From Macrostomum lignano (Eukaryota), in assembly GCA_002269645.1 (NCBI GenBank), contig NIVC01000067.1, forward strand, positions 1 to 64,000: a DNA stretch of 64,000 nt, written 5' to 3'. Positions 16,501 to 28,200 of the stretch are shown piece after piece. The notes below the pieces were generated by a model. It had not been told where the DNA came from. It ran no database searches and saw only the letters and a program-made list of their open reading frames with translations. Numbering within the stretch: the stretch's first letter is position 1; every line of letters begins with the position of its first letter. A program made the position numbers and the translations under genes.

Positions 16501-18228
16501 TGTTTTTTTCTATGTTTCTCAGCTTCAGGTCCGAGCTCCGTACGCACCGGTTCGGTTCAGACGGTGCAGCTGCCGTTCACCGCCTGCTACCGCATCGAGG
16601 TGCTGGGTGCCGATGGCGGCACAGTAAACGGTAGAAGTGAAGGCAATGGCGCTAAAATGAGCGGCAATTTCAGGCTGACGGCCGGCACAGTTCTGTCTGT
16701 TGTTGTCGGGAAGAGGGGCGGCTACTTAGCATCATCGGCGTTGTCTTCCAGCGCTGGCGGCGGCGGGGGCAGCTTTGTCTACAAGGAGGCCGGCGACACT
16801 CTGCTGCTGGCTGCCGGAGGTGGCGGCGGAGCCAGCAAAGACCGTGATGGTAAGCCTAATTAGCCCCGAGGGACTGGGGATTTGTGAGGCTTGGCCTGCT
16901 GGTTCGGAGAATAAATGAACTGGCGCCAGTTCTGCGGGACTGAGGGCATTGGCGCCAAATCTGAAGGACTGAGGGCATCGGCGCCAAAGCTGAGGGGACT
17001 GAGGGCATCGGCGCCAAATCTGAAGGACTGAGGGCATCGGCGCCAAATCTGAAGGGACTGAAGGCATCGGTGCCAAATCTGAAGGACTGAAGGCATCGGC
17101 GCCAAATCTGAATGGACTGAGGGCATCGGCGCCTAATCTGAATTGACTGAGGGCATCGGCGCCAAATCTGAGGGACTGAGGGCATCGGCGCCAAATTTGA
17201 AGAAACTGAGGGTATCGGCGCCAAATCTGAATTGACTGAGGATATCGGCGCCAAATCTGAGGGACTGAAGGCATCGGCGCCAAATCTGAGAGACTGAAGG
17301 CATCGGCGCCAAATCTGAGGGACTGAGGGCATCGGCGCCAAATTTGAAGAAACTGAGGGTATCGGCGCCAAATCTGAATGGACTGAGGATATCGGCGCCA
17401 AATCTGAGGGACTGAGGGCATCGGCACCAAATTTGAAGGGACTGAGGGCATCGGCGCCAAATCTCAGGGACTGAAGGCATCGGCGCCAAATCTCAGCGAC
17501 TGAAGTCATCGGGGCCAAATCTGAGAGACTGCAGTCATCGGCGCCAAATCTGAGGAACTAAAGGCATCGTCGTTACATCTGAAGGACTGAGGCTGAAGGG
17601 GGGAAATCGGGGCCAAATTTGAAGGGACTGAGGGCATCGGCGCCAAATCTCAGGGGCTGAAGGTATCGGTGCCAAATCTGAAGGACTGAGGGCATCGGTG
17701 CCCCATCCATGAATGCCGCCATCAATCTCAAGCCTGTCCCCAACCGCAGGCGCGGACGGCCAGGCGGGCACCAGCGGAACGAACTCCCAGCCGGACTCGC
17801 ACAACTACAGAGGCTTCGGCGGCTCCAACGGCCAGCCGGGATTCACGAAGACGGACGCGGTGCCCTCGGGTGAGCACCACGGCGGCTCCGGCGCTGGCTG
17901 GCTCGGCGGGCCCAACATGACGCGGCGCAAAGACGAAGACGGAGGTCGCGGCAGCGGCCTCTCGAACAACTGGGTCGGCGGTGAGGCCGGGTCCGGCCAC
18001 GACTACATGGGCGGCTTCGGTGGCGGCGGCGGCGGCGGCTACAAAGGAGCCAGCGGCGGCGGCGGCGGCTACAGCGGCGGCGGAGCCGGGCTGGCCGAAG
18101 GCCTGGCGGGAGGCGGCGGCGGCTCCTACTGCGGCGGCAGCGGCTGCAGCGGCATCACGGGCGGCAACACCAAAACAGGCATCAGTCACGGGTCGGTGAA
18201 GATTACACTGCTGCATGTGCCGTGCTAG
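13533..18228 (+). CDS. Secreted protein: signal peptide + PAN/Apple-like domain + ALK/LTK-type glycine-rich domain (about 420 aa, no TM or kinase)
   Basis: Exons: 13533-13604/13691 (poly-Leu signal peptide; 5' splicing ambiguous, possible mini-exon 13649-13691); 14234(or 14263)-14584 (ECATACMQRGCSVVSL...C, PAN-like); 16529-16849 ([53 protein letters not shown]); 17750-18228 (GGFGGGGGG...GGGGGYSGG...GGGGGSYC...HGSVKIT). The motif set matches the ALK/LTK glycine-rich extracellular domain. Confidence 0.8.
13800..14195. repeat. 20-bp minisatellite (AATGGTCATCGATGGAGCCT)n, intronic
   Basis: About 19 units, each with palindromic CATCGATG. Confidence 0.95.
14665..16470. repeat. 17-bp minisatellite (TATGACCCGATTCTATT / TATGACCCGATTCCATC)n, intronic, 1.8 kb
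   Basis: About 100 units, with variant blocks shifting along the array. Confidence 0.97.
16935..17700. repeat. 29-30-bp minisatellite (GAGGGCATCGGCGCCAAATCTGAAGGACT)n, intronic
   Basis: Directly visible. Confidence 0.95.
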
Positions 18229-18671
18229 CAGAGTGATGTTATAATAACTTATGACTGAAACTGCGGTCTACATTTACATGTTATGGCAAACTATAGGCTA
18301 GAAAAATCACCGTTTAATTTATTTTATTCAATCAGCGCAAAATTTTTTTTTATTATGTAACGTAGAGCAGCAGTCTTCATGGCAGTCTTGATAAAATGCG
18401 ATTAGTTTTATCGGCTCTTATAAAAATTCCTGGGATTTGGTTGTTGGTGGATTCAACAGCTGGCTCTCGTTCGAAGTCGTGCGCGGCCAAATTTCAAGAA
18501 ACTTGAGCCTTTAATACAAGTACTTTTCAACTGCCTCATCTTCTAGTTTTAGTTCTTTTGATCCGTGTCAATCCGTCTCTAAAGCCCCTAAATTTTTTAT
18601 CAGACTTATTCTTGCTCGATAAAGGATAAATATGCTCATTTCTAGCAGCCAATCAACTTTAATGCATTCTG

Positions 18672-19235
<564 letters not shown>

Positions 19236-19453
19236 AATTTACATGCAAAAATCAATTTTATAGCCGATTCTCTTCTAACTGCAAAATACTCAGTTGATTA
19301 TATTTCAACCACAGACTAAAAGATGCAGCTTTGACTCAAGATTGATCGGAACTGTGATAAAGGGCAGAGCGCCGCACCTCAAGCGCAGCCTGATAAGGTT
19401 AGGTACACCGCGCCAGAGCTAAAGCAAGCAAGATTAGGCCATCGCAGAGAGCC

Positions 19454-21926
19454 ATGTCCCACCTGTGCAGCTTGTCCGTCAATTCGCTGTTCCGCCTGAC
19501 ACCGGCTCAGCCTGATGTCGGAGTTGCCGCTTTTGAACGGGTGAGTGCGAGCTGTTCGGGTTGGCACCTGTTTATTGTGCTGATGCTGAAGTGGTTAAAG
19601 GCCAGGTTAAACATCCACTCAATTGAAATCCAATTATCAGGCTGAGGCAGAAGCGCCTGCAAGCACGGAGCTGCGCCAGCACAAACGCAACGACTGCGGC
19701 AGAACTGGTGGCAGAGCACCTGACATTTGCAGCAGTAACACGGATTTCATGATCAGCCTGATGAACATGTGCAATAAGATGATTCTGCCGCTGACTGGTG
19801 AGAGCTGAGCATTCTAATTTTATTCTCATTTGGATTCTCATTTGGATTCGTTTGGATTCGTTTGGATTCTCATTTGGATTCATTTGGATTCTCATTTGGA
19901 TTCGTTTGGATTCTCATTTGGATTCTCATTTAGATTCTCATTTGGATTCTCATTTGGATTCTCATTTGGATTCTCATTTGGATTCTCATTTGGATTCTCA
20001 ATTGGATTCTCAATTAGATTCTCATTTTGGATTCTCATTTTGGATTCTCATTTAGATTCTCATTTGGATTCTCATTTGGCTTCTTATTTTGGATAATCAT
20101 TTATGATATTTCGACCGCACACTACCAGCCCTGCAGCAGGACTGCTCCCTCTGGGACCACCAGCTGGATACGTCTTTAACACTGGAAAATACACAACAAC
20201 GAAAGCGGAAACACCAAACGCCAGAGCAGAAGCAGAAGCAAGAGCAGCAGCAGAAGCAAGAGCAGCAGCAGAAGCAAGAGAAGCAGCAAAAGCAAGAGAA
20301 GCTGCAAAAGCAAGAGAAGCTGCAAAAGCAAGAGAAGCAGCAGAAGCAAGAGAAGCAGCAAAAGCAAGAGAAGCAGCAAAAGCAAGAGCAGCAGCAGAAG
20401 CAGATGGCCTGCAAGCAGACTAACAATCAGTTTAAGCTGCCCACACCGGAAGTTTTGGCGGGTGATCAAAAGCAAAAAAATTCCAACAATGCGGTGAGTG
20501 CATCAGCTCATGAGTGGTTTTATGGGTGATCTCATATGTGAGATAGTGAACGAGTTCATGGGTGATCTCATGGGTGATTTTATGAGTGAGTTCATGAGTG
20601 AGTTCATGAGTGAGTTCATGAGTGAGTTAATAAGTTAGTTCATGAGTGAGTTCATGAGTGACCTCATGGGTGATTTCATGAGTGAGTTCATGAGTGACCT
20701 CATGGGTGATTTCATGAGTGAGTTCATGAGTGATCTCATGGGTGATTTCATAAGTGAGTTCATGAGTGAGTTCATCATAAGTGAGTTCATGAGTGAGTTA
20801 ATAAGTTAGTTCATGAGTGAGTTCATGAGTGACCTCATGGGTGATTTCATGAGTGAGTTCATGAGTGATCTCATGGGTGATTTCATGAGTGAGTTCATGA
20901 GTGACCTCATGGGTGATTTCATGAGTGAGTTCATGAGTGATCTCATGGGTGATTTCATGAGTGAGTTCATGAGTGAGTTCATCATAAGTGAGTTCATGAG
21001 TGAGTTAATAAGTTAGTTCATGAGTGAGTTCATGAGTGACCTCATGGGTGATTTCATGAGTGAGTTCATGAGTGAGTTCATCATAAGTGAGTTCATGAGT
21101 GAGTTAATAAGTTAGTTCATGAGTGAGTTCATGAGTGACCTCATGGGTGATTTCATGAGTGAGTTCATGAGTGAGTTCATCATAAGTGAGTTCATGAGTG
21201 AGTTAATAAGTTAGTTCATGAGTGAGTTCATGAGTGATCTCATGGGTGATTTCATGAGTGAGTTCATGAGTGAGTTCATCATAAGTGAGTTCATGAGTGA
21301 GTTAATAAGTTAGTTCATGAGTGAGTTCATGAGTGACCTCATGGGTGATTTCATGAGTGAGTTCATGAGTGAGTTCATGAGTGAGTTCATGGGTGAGTTG
21401 ATGAGTGAGTTCATAGATGAGTTTATGAGCGAGTAGATAAAAATTTAAAAAATTTACATGGACAAGGAACTTTAAAAAGTTGTCTACCACTACTACGACT
21501 ACTATCCAAACTGTACAAGTCAGTAGTCAAGCGCGCATCAGACAGCCCGATTTCCCGCTCTAGAAGCAATCGCAGCAGCAGCAGCAGGACAAGCAGACGG
21601 GACAGACCCAGCTGTCAAAAGTCAGCCAGTCGTCTGTCAAGTTGGCCACTCCGGTGCTGTGCGTCGACGAAGCAGCAAAGCAGGTCGGTGCAGAGGGCGG
21701 TCAGAAGCCGCTGCAGCAGCCCCTGCTGACTGCGCATCACGGAGTGCCCTACTGGAGTCTGGCCAGGTATCACGACTTCCGCGCGATGTCGGTTGACGCC
21801 CCCAGCCAGATGGTGGAGCCGATGATTGACCCCAGCCGGCACAGGCAGATGATCATTCTGGACTGCCACAGGCGGCTCAAGGACGCCGTGCCGAAGTTCA
21901 GCTCGCATGTCTACCTGCCCTACTGA
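19454..21926 (+). CDS. Uncharacterised 4-exon protein (about 323 aa) with central Gln/Lys/Glu hexapeptide repeat
   Basis: Exons 19454-19540, 19641-19797, 20129-20493, 21564-21926. Donors are GTGAG(T/A), acceptors are YAG, and phases 0/1/0 join into one ORF ending ...MIILDCHRRLKDAVPKFSSHVYLPY*. Exon 3 encodes (QKQEKQ)-type repeats from an 18-bp unit. No family recognised. Confidence 0.7.
19815..20080. repeat. 12-bp minisatellite (TTGGATTCTCAT)n, intronic
   Basis: Directly visible. Confidence 0.95.
20505..21430. repeat. 12-bp minisatellite (ATGAGTGAGTTC)n with variant blocks, intronic
   Basis: Directly visible. Confidence 0.95.
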
Positions 21927-22029
21927 GTGAGGAAGGGCTGCGGGACACCCGGCTGCGTCCGGCTCTCACTGGGTGGTCCCATGCCGAGATCAGGGCGGCC
22001 CTTCCCTATTTTTACTATATCTACTAACC

Positions 22030-23165
22030 TCGGGTTTGACCCCTCCTCAGGTATTGTGACCCCTCCTCGGGTGTTGTGACCCCTCCTCGGATGTTGTGAC
22101 CCCTTCTTCGGGTGTGACCCCTCTTCAGGTATTGTAACCCCTCCTCCGGTGTTGTGACCCCTTCCTCGGGTGTGACCCCTCTTCAGGTATTGTAACCCCT
22201 CCTCCGGTGTTGTGACCCCTTCCTCGGGTGTGACCCCTCTTCAGGTATTGTAACCCCTCCTCCGGTGTTGTGACCCCTTCCTCGGGTGTGACCCCTCTTC
22301 AGGTATTGTAACCCCTCCTCCGGTGTTGTGACCCCTTCCTCGGGTGTGACCCCTCTTCAGGTATTGTAACCCCTCCTCCGGTGTTGTGACCCCTTCCTCG
22401 GGTGTGACCCCTCTTCAGGTATTGTAACCCCTCCTCCGGTGTTGTGACCCCTTTCTCGGGTGTGACCCCTCTTCAGGTGTTATGACCCCTCCTCGAATGT
22501 TGTGACCCGTCCTCAGGCGTTGTGATCCTTCCTCGAGTGTAACCTCTTCTGGTGTTGTGACCCCTCCTCGAATGTTGTGACCCGTCCTCAGGCGTTGTGA
22601 TCCTTCCTCGAGTGTAACCTCTTCTGGTGTTGTGACCCCTCCTCGGGTGTGACCCCTCTTCAGGTGTTGTGACCCCTCCTCGGATGTTGTGACCCGTCCT
22701 CAGGCGTTGTGATCCTTCCTCGAGTGTAACCTCTTCTGGTGTTTTGACCCCTCCTCGGGTATTGTAACCCCTCCTCCGGTGTTGTGACCCCTCCTCGGGT
22801 GTTTTGACCCCTCCACGGATGTGAACCCTCTTCGGGTGTTGTGAACCCTCCTCGGGTGTTGTGATTCTTCCTTGAGTGTTGTGACCCCTCCTCGGGTGAC
22901 TCCTTTTTGGGTTTTGTGACCCCTTCTCGGGTGTTGTGACCCCTCCTCGGGTGTTGTGACCCCTCCTCGGGTATTGTAACCCCTCCTCCGGTGTTGTGAC
23001 CCCTCCTCGGGTGTCGTGACCGTTCTGCAGGTGTTTTGACCCCTTCCTCGGATGTGAACCCTCTTCGGGTGTTGTGAACCCTCCTCGGGTGTTGTGATTC
23101 TTCCTCGAGTGTTGTGACCCCTCCTCGAGTGTTGTGTCCGTTCTGCAGGTGTTGTGACCCCTCCA
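22030..23165. repeat. About 20-bp minisatellite (GTGTTGTGACCCCTCCTCGG)n including a 58-bp higher-order block
   Basis: 58-bp periodicity at 22141, 22199, 22257 and onward. Confidence 0.93.
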
Positions 23166-23974
23166 TGGTTTCGCTTGAGTGCTCCCTATATACATTCTAA
23201 ACTCGCAATAGTCTCAATCTCAACCCACAGCCAATCGTTAAAACGAAGTCCCACCGCATTCTACAGTCGTTCTATATTGGATTAATTTTGTACTTTATAT
23301 TGAACAATTATTACACTCTAACTAATTAAATTTGTATCATATTTCCATTCGTCACTTAACAATTTAATTGGAAATATTTTGCACTTAAAAAATAACACGC
23401 CGCTATTTAGTTATGCAAAACAAAAGACCAAAGCAGTTATTATCATCAGTTTTACTGCGTACACAACAAAAAGTAAACTTGTTATTTGAGAAGGCTGTCG
23501 CGGAATTACGCGAATTTTAATGCACTCAAAAATCTGAGCTCTTTCCTTTTTACGTACTCATTGTCGATGCAATAAAAATGTGTCTAAACGAGTACCGCAT
23601 TGTATTGCGCATTACACTTTGCGCCATAAAGTTGGTATAAATGCAGATATTCATAAATAATTATAGCAATCAGATTTGCACTGGCCGACTTTATTGTTGA
23701 TCCATTTTGTACTTTTTGAACCTGTCACCGAGCTGAGCCATAGACAGTGTAGAGGGGAGTTACTGGGACCTCCGATCCCTTCTCCCTGTGCTACTTTAGT
23801 AGGCCTTGCACATGTACGAAATCCCAACAGCCGGCATTTCCACACAATGAATAACTCAGTATACCCAGAGTTCCTGTAGAGGCGAGGCCATGAGGCGACG
23901 ACAGCAGGCCGAAGCTAAAGGAGGGGGCTTGGGGGGGGGGCGGGGGAGAGAAGCTGGGGTGAGGGAAGAAGTGG

Positions 23975-24565
23975 AGATGGAAAAATGGAGAGGTGAAGAT
24001 GGGAGAGGCGAGAGGTGGAGATGGGAGAGGCGAGAGGTGGAGATGGGAGATGGGAGGGGTGAAAATGAGACACAGAGGGGTGGAGATGGAGGATGGGAGG
24101 GGTAAAGATGAGAGACGAGAGGGGTGGAGATGGGAAGAGGTGGAGATAGGAGGGGTGGAGATGGGAGATGGGAGAGGTGGAGATGGAAGAGGTGGAGATA
24201 GGAGAGGTGGAGATGGGAGAGGTGGAGATGGGAGGGGTGGAGATGGGAGATAGGAGAGGTGGAGACGAGAGGGGTGGAGATGGGAGATAGGAGAGGACGA
24301 GAGGTGGAGATGGGAGATGGGAGAGGTGGAGATAGGAGAGGTGGAGATGGGAGAGGTGGAGATGGGAGGGGTGGAGATGGGAGATAGGAGATGGGAGATA
24401 GGAGAGGTGGAGACGAGAGGGGTGGAGATGGGAGATAGGAGAGGACGAGAGGTGGAGATGGGAGATGGGAGAGGTGGAGATAGGAGAGGACGAGAGGTGG
24501 AGATGGGAGATGGGAGAGGTGGAGATAGGAGAGGTGGAGATGGGAGGGGTGGAGATGGGAGGGCA
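23975..24565. repeat. Purine-rich low-complexity repeat (GGAGAT/GGGAGAGGT)
   Basis: Directly visible. Confidence 0.9.
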
Positions 24566-25280
24566 AGGCGGGGGATGCGGAAAAGGGAAAGAAGAGGGTG
24601 TAGGTGAATTCTCATCCTCAGAATCCAGAGTTCATGCATGCGATCTGAATTCAGAATCTTAAGAATACTTCGAATTGTGAATTCTGCAGGAAACATGCAC
24701 CCTAGAGAAAGTTGAAACTAATTTCTAGATTTTTAATAACTTAAAATAAAATAAGTCACATACATGGATTACAGTTGGAATTTGACCAATGCCAAAACAG
24801 ACAGTCACTTGATGACTGTTAAATTCTGAAACTGTTTATTTTGCAACAATCTAAGCAAATTACTTACTCGCATTAAGATCGAACAGATCTAAACGATTCC
24901 GGAATGACCTACAGGTAACAATTAAAGGCACGGAAGTTGAATCAATACATTTTTTACGAAATTAGATAGATGCGCAATCGCACTACTAGCGCATATTTCT
25001 AGTAAGTAGCATTTAAAATCTCTCATTAAAAAGTGGCTTGATTGAGTTATTTTTCAATCAAATTAATCAAAAACTTTGTGTGAGACTCCGAAAACACACA
25101 GAGAGAATGCTCAAAATATTAACATACTCGTAATAGCAACTAGTACCGCGCCATTGACCAGAAGCCTAGAAATTTTAGGCTTGGCTACGTCTACAAACAA
25201 TAGTTAATAGCAGTAAGGAAAAACAAGTAATACAAGTATAAATTTAATGCGATCAAACAGTTTCGGTCAAATGAGTTCAT

Positions 25281-28200
25281 TTATTCGTCACTGTAAGCCA
25301 GAATTGTGCCCAGCTGCCGCTCGGCTTCATCAACGCTGATGCCCTTGCGACTGGCGTAGTCCTCCACCTGTGCAAGTAGGGGAGAGGTGAGATAGGTGGG
25401 TGAGATGGATGTTGAGATTGGTGAGATAGATTTCAGTTGGGTTGGGATAGATCTGAAATAAGTGGGATGGATTCGAGAAGGGTGAGATATAGATTCGAGA
25501 AAGGGTGAGATAGATTCCAGAAAGGTTGAGATATAGATTCGAGAAAGGGTGAGATAGATTCCAGAAAGGTTGAGATAGATTCCAGAAAGGGTGAGATAGA
25601 TTCCAGAAAGGGTGAGATAGATTCCAGAAAGGGTGAGATAGATTTGAGAAAGGGTGAGATAGATTCCAGAAAGGGCGAGATAGATTCCAGAAATGGTGAG
25701 ATAGATTCGAGAACGGGATGAGATAGATTCGAGAACGGGATGAGATAGATTCCAGAAATGGTGAGATAGATTCCAGAAATGGTGAGATAGATTCCAGAAA
25801 TGGTGAGATAGATTCCAGAAATGGTGAGATAGATTCCAGAACGGGGCGAGATAGATTCAAGAACGGGGTGAGATAGATTCGAGAACGGGGTGAGATTGAT
25901 TCAAGAACGGGGTGAGATAGATTCAAGAACGGGGTGAGATAGATTCGAGAACGGGGTGAGATAGATTCGAGAACGGGGTGAGATAGATTCGAGAACGGGG
26001 TGAGATTGATTCGAGAACGGGGTGAGATTGATTCAAGAACGGGGTGAGATTGATTCGAGAACGGGGTGAGATTGATTCAAGAACGGGTGAGATAGATTCC
26101 AGAAAGGGTGAGATAGATTCCAGAAAGGGTGAGATAGATTCCAGAAAGGGCGAGATAGATTCCAGAAATGGTGAGATAGATTCCAGAAATGGTGAGATAG
26201 ATTCCAGAAATGGTGAGATAGATTCCAGAAATGGTGAGATAGATTCCAGAAATGGTGAGATAGATTCCAGAACGGGATGAGATAGATTCCAGAAAGGGTG
26301 AGATAGATTCCAGAAAGGGCGAGATAGATTCCAGAAATGGTGAGATAGATTCGAGAACGGGATGAGATAGATTCGAGAACGGGATGAGATAGATTCCAGA
26401 AAGGGTGAGATAGATTCGAGAACGGGATGAGATAGATTCCAGAAATGGTGAGATAGATTCGAGAACGGGATGAGATAGATTCGAGAACGGGATGAGATAG
26501 ATTCGAGAAAGGGTGAGATAGATAGATATAACTAGGTGAAATATAACTAGCCAATTTTTGATGTAGAGTACACAGTGAGAAGCAGTTACAGTCAGGAGTT
26601 GAACTCAGACAATCCAGTTTAATAATAATCTGCAGTCGCGGTGGAATCCGCACAGGGCGCGGTGTAACCCGTTCTTATCTCTTTATCTAAAGGAATATTT
26701 GTACGGAAAGTTTCTTCAGCGTACAGTCAGTCAGTAAGTCAGTCACTGTTTTCCAACAGGCGGCCTGTGACAGAGAATTTCTAAGAATCGCGGCGGAAAA
26801 TTCCGGCCAGACGCGTGGCTAAAAATTCACACTTAGCAAGAGCGGGAAGACCCCCGGCCAAACACACGCACTGACCTTCGCTATCAACTGCGTAGAGGGC
26901 ATTCCAAACTTTCTTGTTATAATTTTAACCGAATTTTTTTGCAGGAGCGGTGGAAAACCGGTTTGACTACACGCGGTGGGTTATTTCACCAATAAATTCC
27001 ATTGGAAATAAGGGCAACAAAATTTTGCAAACACTTTTACGCTTACAAGTTTTTTTGCGCCTAACCCCAAAGGTATTATAATTTGAAGAAATTCTAGTTG
27101 CTAAACATTTTGTAATTTGGGTAAGGATTTTAGTGATGACGGGGTTAAGACATCAACTCTCTTCTCACAGTTTCTATGTCTACTTCTCCTACCCTCACTC
27201 TACCTTTCTCCTACCCTCACTCTACCTTTCTCCTACCCTCATTCTACCTTTCTCCTACTCTCACTCTACCTTTCTCCTGCCCTCACTCTACCTTTCTCCT
27301 ACCCTCACTCTACCTTTCTCCTACCCTCATTCTACCTTTCTCCTACCCTCATTCTACCTTTCTCCTACTCTCACTCTACCTTTCTCCTGCCCTCACTCTA
27401 CCTTTCTCCTACCCTCACTCTACCTTTCTCCTACCCTCATTCTACCTTTCTCCTACTCTCACTCTACCTTTCTCCTACCCTCATTCTACCTTTCTCCTAC
27501 TCTCACTCTACCTTTCTCCTGCCCTCACTCTACCTTTCTCCTACCCTCACTCTACCTTTCTCCTACCCTCATTCTACCTTTCTCCTACCCTCACTCTACC
27601 TTTCTCCTACCCTCCCTCTATCTTTATCCTACCCTCATTCTACCTTTCTCCTACCCTCACTCTACCTTTCTCCTACCCTCCCTCTACCTTTCTCCTACCC
27701 TCACTCTACCTTTCTCCTACCCTCACTCTACCTTTCTCCTACCCTCACTCTACCTTTCTCCTACCCTTCCTCTACCTTTCTCCTACCGTCACTCTACCTT
27801 TAAGTACAGCGGCAACCTCTCCCACCCCAGACTCACCTGATCCTTCTCAATCTTGCCAACAGCAAAGTAGTAGGACTGCGGATGCGCCAGGTAGACGCCG
27901 CTGACAGAGGCGGCCGGCATCATGGCCAGAGTGTCGGACAGCTCAATGCCCACCTGCTCAGGCTTGGCCAGTTCCCACAGTGTCCGCTTCTCAGTGTGGT
28001 CCGGCTGCGACGGGTAGCCCGGGGCCGGCCGGATGCCGTCGTAGCTGCAAAATTTCCAGCGGGATCAGAAACTGGGTCAGGTGGGATCAGAAACTGGGTC
28101 AGCGGGATCAGAAACTGGGTCAGGTGGGATCAGAAACTGGGTCAGGTGGGATCAGAAACTGGGTCAGGTGGGATCAGAAACTGGGTCAGGTGGGATCAGA

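Noticed and set aside
23650-24700. Extra minus-strand gene downstream of MTR
   Set aside because: The ORFs are driven by purine/pyrimidine low-complexity sequence, with no consistent splice model or recognisable domain.
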